From the NCBI RefSeq assembly GCF_003334305.1, contig NZ_QOWS01000017.1: a stretch of DNA of 64,000 nt; one strand, 5' to 3'. The notes under the pieces are model-generated. The model was not told the origin of the DNA, did not search any database, and saw only the letters and a list, made by a program, of their open reading frames with translations. This stretch comes from Escherichia coli. Lineage in GTDB: Bacteria; Pseudomonadota; Gammaproteobacteria; Enterobacterales; Enterobacteriaceae. Positions 35,271 to 41,460 of the stretch are shown here, in pieces (position 1 is the stretch's first letter; each line of letters starts with the position of its first letter). A program made the position numbers and the translations under genes.

Positions 35271-35675
35271 CCTATACGTTGTTATGGGCTTTGGTAGTGT
35301 AACACGTATGGGCGAGTAGTTCCCAGGCTCAACCTCGTAACAAGTTCCTTTGAAGCTGGAAGACGTGCCACCGTCTCTAAACCTTCTACCAAAACTCTTA
35401 GCAAGATGTTCCACACCTGGCGCGGTGTCCAATGATGCTACACGTCGTGAGACGTTGCAGAGGATAAACAGGCTAAATGATGGGAAGAGTTTTAAGTGCA
35501 ATAGTGGATTAAAGCCCACCTCTTCAAAACCTAACTTGATCGGGAAAGAATCAAGCTCTAGCACGGTTTCGTCCACCGGAGTACAACGGGTGCCTGATAA
35601 GAGAAGAACTGCTAAGACTTCATAGCTTTTGTGAAAAAGCCCTTTTTAGTGGATACGCCTACGGCGCTTATTTTT
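35271..35675 (+). ncRNA. candidate structured non-coding RNA (class unknown)
   Basis: GC-enriched patch in AT-rich DNA. Contains a 13-bp hairpin (35271-35311), GUGA-capped hairpins (35442-35455 and 35625-35640), 6-bp helices (35484-35525 and 35535-35555), and a weak stem plus T6 at 35656-35676. The only ORFs here are two mutually antisense ones without RBS. Confidence 0.3.
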
Positions 35676-35808
35676 TGGTATAACCATCAAAGGCGCTTTA
35701 TGGCTCCTATTGTCTTGAAAATGTATCTTTACTTGTATTGTGTTTTATGCGTAGTCTCCCTGTGTAGTATGTAACTTGTTAATTTTCATATGAATACAGA
35801 GGCACACG

Positions 35809-35967
35809 ATGAAAAACATTGCAGCTATCAAACGGAATAACCGCAAGATTCACGCTCGTAAGTTCCTGTCTACGCCAGAAGGAAAAGCCTGGCTAGAGCG
35901 TAAACAGAGAGAAAACGAAGAAAGAAAACTCCTTAGTGAGTTGAAATGGCTTAGAGAGGATTTCTGA
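35809..35967 (+). CDS. small basic hypothetical protein (52 aa)
   Basis: MKNIAAIKRNNRKIHARKFLSTPEGKAWLERKQRENEERKLLSELKWLREDF. Weak RBS (gagg). Below the size cutoff of the ORF track. Confidence 0.3.
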   Translation: MKNIAAIKRNNRKIHARKFLSTPEGKAWLERKQRENEERKLLSELKWLREDF

Positions 35968-36310
35968 AAATCTCCAGAACGCAACAGGACGCATTCTAAC
36001 GCTGTTTTCATTACTCGGTATAGGGATTATAGGTGATGTGTGTTTAATGCGTCTGTGAGCTTGTTTTGTGCCTTATTTTGCATTTTCATAATGCAGGAGA
36101 GAACACGGAAAGCCTTAAAATTAATTATTGGGGTATTTAAGGCTATTTTTAGGTTATTTAAGGGTATTAAACTTGATTTAATTGATTGAAATATAAACAG
36201 ATAATTATGTATCTTATTGATTTATAAGGTTATTTTTAAATAAAGGTAAATAAAAAATAAATAGCCATAAATAGCTATAAATACATCTAAATACCTATAT
36301 CCCTTCCCTT

Positions 36311-36694
36311 ATGGCTAGATTGCGAGAAGTGCTTAACGCGATTTTCAGCGCCCCCCGATCTGGAAAATCCAGAATCCCCAAATATCAGCAAGGAATTTTC
36401 TTGCGTAATCAACATCGTTTTTACCTATTAAATCATTACACAGAAAGCCTTTCTGTAATGTCTCTCACTAAACTTTCACTAAACACGAGAATGATCGGTT
36501 TTATGTCGGATCAGATGCTAGAAATAGCACCACGTCTCACAAGGGCTGTAAGCGATGAAACCAGTGTTTATGCGGGTGCAGGTCAAAATATAGGCCAAAA
36601 TACATTTAACATAATAAACGTAATATGCACTAAGGAACACATAGAACGCCTTGAGTTGATGTATCAGGGGAAAAGTGGTGGATTTTTTACGTAG
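36311..36694 (+). CDS. hypothetical protein
   Basis: 127-codon ORF with no recognisable domain and no clear RBS. An internal start at MSLTKLSLNTR is possible. Confidence 0.3.
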   Translation: MARLREVLNAIFSAPRSGKSRIPKYQQGIFLRNQHRFYLLNHYTESLSVMSLTKLSLNTRMIGFMSDQMLEIAPRLTRAVSDETSVYAGAGQNIGQNTFNIINVICTKEHIERLELMYQGKSGGFFT

Positions 36695-36713
36695 GAGCAC
36701 GAGAGGGCTTCTA

Positions 36714-36741
36714 TTGACTTTTGTATGCTATGAAATATAAT
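36714..36741 (+). promoter_or_regulatory. candidate sigma70 promoter
   Basis: TTGACT - 16 nt - TATAAT. It overlaps the putative start of the 36730 ORF, so one of the two calls is probably wrong. Confidence 0.35.
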
Positions 36742-36999
36742 AGAAGGTTTTTTTATGTTGATAGTGATTGCACATTAAAGATTGAAAGCAAATTTAAACA
36801 TAAATTTTCAACACGTGAAAGAGAACTTGTTCGACAAATGATAAAACGTTTATTGAGCAACAATTTTGCAGTGATGCGCTATATGCCGAATTACACAAGG
36901 CTTTGCGAAAGTGATGTAAAAGTGAAGAAAGTAAGAATTGCAACTTTAAGCTACTTTTCATTGAATTTTTTAGTATGGAATTACACAGGAATAAGTTAG
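36730..36999 (+). CDS. hypothetical protein (doubtful)
   Basis: 89-codon ORF from ATG 36730. No domain recognised. The 3' end runs into the TTACAC motif field. Confidence 0.2.
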   Translation: MKYNRRFFYVDSDCTLKIESKFKHKFSTRERELVRQMIKRLLSNNFAVMRYMPNYTRLCESDVKVKKVRIATLSYFSLNFLVWNYTGIS

Positions 37000-37084
37000 G
37001 GATATTCTATGATTTACACAGGGAATATAGGGGGATTATGGCACACACATAGAAAGACATTACACAAAGTGCTATGTGACAAAT

Positions 37085-37305
37085 GGATGTAACGAGAGGT
37101 TACATTCAGCTATCTGAAATGCTCTCTGTAAGAAAGTTGGTAGTAACGATATGTTACATAGACTAATTATTGAATGTAACGATATTACACATCGGTAGTA
37201 ACGATACGTTACATCGACTAATTATTGAATGTAACGATATTACACATCGGTAGTAACGATACGTTACATCGACAGATGATTGGATGTAACGAAAGGTTAC
37301 ACAAT
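37085..37305. repeat. iteron array: 55-bp tandem repeats carrying GTAAC-N5-GTTAC palindromes
   Basis: Units at 37139-37193 and 37194-37248 differ at 2 positions. A third partial unit runs 37249-37302, with a further palindrome atgtaacgagaggttacat at 37087-37105. That makes about 7 palindromic or half-palindromic sites. Confidence 0.85.
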
Positions 37306-37500
37306 AAGACTATATTATTTATAATACTAAATAAAACTATATTAGATTATTAATTAGATCATAATAATATTCTTTATATCTATATATATGATCTTTTGCC
37401 TTCCGGCGTTAGCTTCACTCCCTGGCAAGCAGCCTTACTCCGCTACCTTTCGGGCTACGTTGGCTGGCCCGTTCCGCTCACACCGAAAGCAAAGCGTTAC

Positions 37501-37542
37501 TTTCTTCGTGTAACTATCGTGGCGGTAACGCCCACGAAGAAA
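37501..37542. other. long hairpin with GNRA-capped inner helix inside a GC-rich patch
   Basis: tttcttcgtg (37501-37510) pairs perfectly with cacgaagaaa (37533-37542). Inner ggcg-GTAA-cgcc at 37521-37532. Confidence 0.5.
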
Positions 37543-37624
37543 TACTATTGCGCTGTGCGCAGAAGAGTAATCACCTAACCAATCATAGATTGCTTATGTG
37601 TTAACTCTCTCTACCTCTTAATTC

Positions 37625-37776
37625 CACTTCCTACATTTAATAACTCTGTTATTCTCTGTAGTTGTGTAATTACTCGAAGAGAGAGCGGCTAAAGCTCAAT
37701 TACACTCTGCTTTCCTCGTGTAAGTTCACTAAGCCTCAATACAATTTCACTTCCTACATTCTGTAGTCGTGTAATT
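37625..37776. repeat. dispersed direct repeats (cacttcctacatt and ctgtagtYgtgtaatt)
   Basis: cacttcctacatt at 37625 and 37748. ctgtagttgtgtaatt at 37656 and ctgtagtcgtgtaatt at 37761. The modules are adjacent in copy B and 18 bp apart in copy A. Confidence 0.75.
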
Positions 37777-38398
37777 GTTTTCGGTGGAAAAGCCAGAGGC
37801 GACACCGAAAGAGAATTCTGATCTTATTAATCTTATCTATCTTAGTTAATCTTCTTACTTTATCTACTTTATTATTAATAATAGCTTTATAAGCTCTGTG
37901 TAGCTCTCTGACGCAAGAAACAGCATTCAGGAAGGGAATCACCTTAGAAAAGGTGTTCTTTGCGTCATAATGTGTTTTATGAAGGATTCAGAGGTGTTTC
38001 ATAACAGGAATGTATAGAGGATATTTTAATTAATTAAAAATAAGGGGTCTAAATGCTTCTCTAACAACATTAAGCAGGGTAGGGAATGGAAACGCATTGC
38101 CTACATATAATAAGCTCACTACAGGGCTTTACAGAGCGTTTTATAAAGTGACTCTCTGTTTTATATTTACCATTACCTTTTCATATACCTAACAAATACA
38201 AAATAAGCCCCTTCAATAAGCCTCTGGCGAGCGAAACAGCCATTAGATAAGGGAATGTATTGCTTTTATCAAAATCTCGTCAGAATGCGATTGAGAGTGT
38301 TTTAGCGGATAATGAAGAATAGCACTACATAGAAGAGCACGAATTGTTAAGCAAAATCATAACATACTGAAAAAGATCAGTTTTTTTGTGAAAAGGTA

Positions 38399-38427
38399 TT
38401 GACAAACGTCTCTTTCTGTGCAATAAT
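38399..38427 (+). promoter_or_regulatory. strong sigma70 promoter P1 (extended -10)
   Basis: TTGACA - 17 nt - TGcAATAAT, followed by agg-TATTAG-aGGGG. Paralogous to the promoter at 40928. Confidence 0.65.
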
Positions 38428-38486
38428 AGGTATTAGAGGGGACAGGAATAGATTCTTATCCTCTAAATAATTAAACCAATGCACCG

Positions 38487-38526
38487 CACTTTGAAGCCCA
38501 AGAGGCTTGCAAGGTGTTTTTTCTTT
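38487..38526 (+). terminator. intrinsic terminator ending the P1 leader
   Basis: Interrupted stem (acttt-g-aagcc / ggctt-gc-aaggt) followed by gTTTTTTCTTTT. Ends 29 nt before the first ATG of the operon. Confidence 0.6.
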
Positions 38527-38554
38527 TAACCAAATCGAATAAGGAGGCTAATTA

Positions 38555-38731
38555 ATGAAATATTTCACTCCACAGGATGTAGTAGAAGCCTGGAAACGTG
38601 GTGAGATCAACCGCTTTAAAGTAAGGATGTATAGAAACACCGCTCGCCGTTGTGGTTATCCAGAGCGTGAAAAATGTTTTGACGATGCACTGAAAATTAT
38701 TGATGAACTGCGTAAAGCTGAGAAAGAATAA
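38555..38731 (+). CDS. small hypothetical protein (58 aa)
   Basis: ATG preceded by aaggagg at optimal spacing. MKYFTPQDVVEAWKRGEINRFKVRMYRNTARRCGYPEREKCFDDALKIIDELRKAEKE. Missed by the 60-aa ORF cutoff. Confidence 0.55.
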   Translation: MKYFTPQDVVEAWKRGEINRFKVRMYRNTARRCGYPEREKCFDDALKIIDELRKAEKE

Positions 38732-38753
38732 TAGACAAGAGAAGGAGAAAACT

Positions 38754-38921
38754 ATGAGCGAAACTAAGAAACCAATTCCGCGCACTTACCTTCACGTTGA
38801 CCCTGAAATCTTCAAGGTTTTATTTGCTGAAGCCAAGAAAAGGCAAATTATGGTCAGTGATTTGATGTTAGAAATCATTACTGAAGCAGCAGAGAACATC
38901 AAACAAAAAAAGGGTAAGTGA
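38754..38921 (+). CDS. ribbon-helix-helix (Arc/CopG-like) DNA-binding protein
   Basis: 55 aa from the ATG after gaaggag. The pattern PRTYLHVDPEIFKVLFAEAKKRQIMVSDLMLEIITEAAENI fits strand-helix-helix. Confidence 0.5.
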   Translation: MSETKKPIPRTYLHVDPEIFKVLFAEAKKRQIMVSDLMLEIITEAAENIKQKKGK

Positions 38922-38974
38922 TCCTCATTCACTTTAGTAGCGCATTAAGCGTGATTTATAAGGAGATGATTCTA

Positions 38975-39718
38975 ATGTCTAAAATTAAATTGATTCGTGA
39001 AAAATACCAGTATGTTGATAAACAAACAGGAGAAATTAAAGACCGAACTTTGAATATACCGCATTACTTTTGTGAGATTGAATTTATCTACTCCTCAAGT
39101 GTTGATGGTGGAAAAGTTAAGTTTAGTGCAGAAATGCAAAAATTATATTGCTATGTTTCAGATTGGGAGAAATCAGGGGGGATATGTTTTGAAACACAAA
39201 CGAAGTTAAGTAAAGTTTGTGGCTGTAGCCGTAAGACAGTTAATGAACTGATTGGTCTTATGATTAAAATCGGTCTTTTAGAAGAGGTCGGAGAACGAAT
39301 TCCAAAACGTCCTTTAAAATTACGTGCGCTACCTCTCACAGATGCACATATTACTCCCCCAGGAGAATCATCACTCTCTGATCTTTCTGAGGCAGAAGAA
39401 GCACAGGAACAACCTAAAGGCCATAAACAGCCTTCTTTTGATGTTCTTGATGATTGGGATGCGCCTTTACCGTGGGAGACGGAAGAAACACCTGTTTCAT
39501 CAAGTGAAAAGGTAGCTAATGATAATGAGGAGGATGTATTAGAGAATTTTGCCTCTCTTATCATCCAGGAGAAACACACAAGAACAGGAGGAGCATCATT
39601 TATTGAGTTTGCAAATTCACTAGCTTATAGATACGGGCTAAAACGACCAAATGGTATTGAGGCATATTTTTCTAAGAATTACCCAAATGTATATGATGAA
39701 TTTGATATTCCCTTTTAA
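38975..39718 (+). CDS. wHTH replication-initiator-like protein with acidic linker
   Basis: Start after taaggag. The segment LYCYVSDWEKSGGICFETQTKLSKVCGCSRKTVNELIGLMIKIGLLEE resembles HTH_36-type plasmid/phage Rep N-domains (recalled pattern). Has an acidic D/E/S-rich middle. Confidence 0.45.
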   Translation: MSKIKLIREKYQYVDKQTGEIKDRTLNIPHYFCEIEFIYSSSVDGGKVKFSAEMQKLYCYVSDWEKSGGICFETQTKLSKVCGCSRKTVNELIGLMIKIGLLEEVGERIPKRPLKLRALPLTDAHITPPGESSLSDLSEAEEAQEQPKGHKQPSFDVLDDWDAPLPWETEETPVSSSEKVANDNEEDVLENFASLIIQEKHTRTGGASFIEFANSLAYRYGLKRPNGIEAYFSKNYPNVYDEFDIPF

Positions 39719-39729
39719 TAAGGAGGACT

Positions 39730-40009
39730 ATGATTCAATATTTAGTAAAAAAATCAAGTAGACAGAATTCAGTGTAATGACACAGGAAAACGCATCTACG
39801 AAACACTTGCTTACCTCTATAAAGGAAAGCCAACACCGCTAAAATATAGCGATGTGTTACATCGAGCAGGGTGCTCTGAAGCTGGTTTAAAATTCTGGCT
39901 GAAACAGCTATCAAATTTCGGTGTTATTGAAATGAAAGAGCTGTCTTTTTCTACATTCAATCTCAAAAGATTAGATAAAGAAATAGAATTCATCTATTCC
40001 ACTCTCTAA
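39730..40009 (+). pseudogene. wHTH protein gene interrupted by a frameshift in an A7 run (or using programmed slippage)
   Basis: Strong RBS taaggagg then ATG 39730. The frame closes at 39777. The +1 frame stays open to 40009 and encodes ...GKRIYETLAYLYKGKPTPLKYSDVLHRAGCSEAGLKFWLKQLSNFGVIEMKE. The switch point is A7 at 39747-39753. One fewer A gives a continuous 92-aa ORF. Confidence 0.5.
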
Positions 40010-40050
40010 AATCTCTCTATGTAATTAAAATATAAAAGGAAAACATTATT

Positions 40051-40170
40051 ATGATAGTAGCTATGTATTGGTTATTGTTCTTTCTCACGTTAGAAGCATA
40101 CTTTGGGGTGTTTTCCTTTAAAAGAAAAGGAAAAGTAAATAATGGCAAAAAGAAAAAACAACGTTGTTAA
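40051..40170 (+). CDS. small hydrophobic peptide with polybasic tail (39 aa)
   Basis: MIVAMYWLLFFLTLEAYFGVFSFKRKGKVNNGKKKKQRC: one TM helix plus a K-rich tail. RBS-like aagga 10 nt upstream. Overlaps the next ORF by 29 nt. Confidence 0.3.
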   Translation: MIVAMYWLLFFLTLEAYFGVFSFKRKGKVNNGKKKKQRC

Positions 40171-40558
40171 GAAAATCGGTGATTCAGCTTCTCTTCTAAG
40201 TAAACCTAAACCTAAATCTATTCTAAGACGTAAAGACTTTAAAGAGCTAGTTACGCTCACCAAGCAAAATAGCGCCCCTGGCGAATGGAAAACAGAGATC
40301 ATAGAACATTCTCCCTCTGTGCCTTGTGGAGATGAATTTAACGCCTTGCAAGAAATCTTATCTTCAACACCTGGCGTATTCTGGAAACCTAGAAAAAGAA
40401 AAGAGTATATCGTTGATAGCTCTGATTTACGCAAATACCAGATTTTAGGATTTGAAGATTATAACCACTACGTCGGTTATCTCGCCACCAATGGCCTAAA
40501 TAATTTAGTTCCTGAATTCCAAATTTTAGATAATGCTGATCACTATGGAGACTTTTAA
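40142..40558 (+). CDS. hypothetical protein with basic N-terminus
   Basis: 138 aa in the same orientation as the operon. No domain recognised. Confidence 0.5.
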   Translation: MAKRKNNVVKKIGDSASLLSKPKPKSILRRKDFKELVTLTKQNSAPGEWKTEIIEHSPSVPCGDEFNALQEILSSTPGVFWKPRKRKEYIVDSSDLRKYQILGFEDYNHYVGYLATNGLNNLVPEFQILDNADHYGDF

Positions 40559-40559
40559 T

Positions 40560-40898
40560 ATGAACAAAAACACGTATGACACAATTTATTCACTAATTAA
40601 TTATTATGAGGATGATTACCTCCTGCCTTTAAACCGCGCTGAACTTGAAGCATACAAAGAAAACACGCCAGGGGCGCTAAATGAGGCGTTTAAACACTGG
40701 GATTTAGCTGTGAATGCCTTTGAGCACCTTTCTAAAAGAGTAGAGATGCTCTGTAAGCGTGAAAACGCATACCTGACAGCCGATCAGATATGGGAGCTAT
40801 CAAACTGGATAGAAGATATTGAATCTGATGTTCGCTATGTAGGGGATGGCCTGGTTGAATTAGCTCAACGCTTAGGCGCTACTATCACAGAAGAATAA
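40560..40898 (+). CDS. hypothetical protein
   Basis: 112 aa from an ATG 2 nt after the upstream stop. Helical and acidic. No domain recognised. Confidence 0.5.
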   Translation: MNKNTYDTIYSLINYYEDDYLLPLNRAELEAYKENTPGALNEAFKHWDLAVNAFEHLSKRVEMLCKRENAYLTADQIWELSNWIEDIESDVRYVGDGLVELAQRLGATITEE

Positions 40899-40927
40899 AA
40901 AAAGCAACAAAAAAGTTGTAAAATATC

Positions 40928-40956
40928 TTGACATTCCATCTATTGTATGTTAATAT
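40928..40956 (+). promoter_or_regulatory. strong sigma70 promoter P2 (extended -10)
   Basis: TTGACA - 17 nt - TGtTAATAT, followed by aat-TATATA-GGGG. Same layout as P1. Confidence 0.65.
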
Positions 40957-41094
40957 AATTATATAGGGGTGATTATTTTTCCTTTATTGGTTCGATATTA
41001 AAAATTCTTCCTGTCATTAAAGGGGAGTAAAATCTCCGCTCCCCGCTTCTCCTCCTTAAGTAAATACTGTGTCATTATACCTCTTTTTTCCTTT

Positions 41095-41124
41095 GTTATG
41101 CATACATCTTGGAGTATGCATAAC
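41095..41124. other. perfect 10-bp inverted repeat in the P2 leader
   Basis: gttatgcata-catcttggag-tatgcataac. Confidence 0.6.
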
Positions 41125-41153
41125 ATAGGGTAATTACATAGGTATGAGTTAAT

Positions 41154-41185
41154 AAAAGGCGGCTCTAAATGCTGCCTTTTATTTT
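41154..41185 (+). terminator. intrinsic terminator ending the P2 leader
   Basis: aaaaggcggc-tctaaat-gctgcctttt (10 bp including one G-U) followed by ATTTT. Ends 63 nt before ATG 41248. Confidence 0.65.
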
Positions 41186-41247
41186 GCCCGTTATGCAACT
41201 TAAAAGTTGTATTTCTTACTTTAAAAAAGGTAACAAGGTTTATATAA

Positions 41248-41460
41248 ATGTTGTTTTTAAACGATAAAGAGCAAATCATCAAGTATAAAGATGAAATGCT
41301 GAAAATTAATCCACAAATTACCGAAATGGTAGCTAAATACGCTGGGTGTTCTGTCGAGGAAGTAGAAAGATGTGTTGAAAAATATTTTTCTCCTTCTACT
41401 CCGTCTACACCTTCCCTTAATGAATTAATCAAATTAAAAGCTAAGGAGATTACTAAATGA
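41248..41460 (+). CDS. small hypothetical protein
   Basis: 70 aa. First gene after the P2 leader. The stop overlaps the next start (ATGA). Confidence 0.5.
   Translation: MLFLNDKEQIIKYKDEMLKINPQITEMVAKYAGCSVEEVERCVEKYFSPSTPSTPSLNELIKLKAKEITK

Noticed and set aside
35262-35625. Two mutually antisense ORFs (104 aa minus strand, 91 aa plus strand) just inside the island
   Set aside because: They use non-ATG starts, have no RBS, show no family resemblance and overlap each other completely. The hairpin-rich sequence fits a structured RNA or cis site better. They are kept as a finding and not called as CDS.
37139-37302. Possible CRISPR array (regular repeats)
   Set aside because: The 55-bp units are directly contiguous with no unique spacers, and there are no cas genes. 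They behave as iterons.
37396-37578. 60-aa plus-strand ORF in the GC-rich patch
   Set aside because: It has no RBS and an implausible sequence, and the region is dominated by stable hairpins.
37754-37942. 62-aa minus-strand ORF in the repeat field
   Set aside because: It lies across direct repeats and a hairpin, has no RBS, and shows AT-rich codon noise.
38387-38404. TGT-N12-ACA dyad (tgtgaaaaggtattgaca) at promoter P1, possibly an Ogr/Delta box linking the island to P2/P4 late control
   Set aside because: It overlaps the -35 hexamer instead of sitting near -55. About three such matches are expected by chance in 12 kb. P2 (40928) has no equivalent.
38552-38785. 77-aa minus-strand ORF
   Set aside because: It is antisense to two small plus-strand genes that each have a consensus RBS.
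40090-40434. 114-aa minus-strand ORF
   Set aside because: It is antisense to the 138-aa plus-strand gene inside a uniformly plus-strand operon, and it has no RBS.
40998-41432. 144-aa minus-strand ORF
   Set aside because: It lies antisense to the P2 leader, its terminator and the first capsid-operon gene. It has a low-complexity hydrophobic composition and no RBS. It is an AT-rich antisense artefact.
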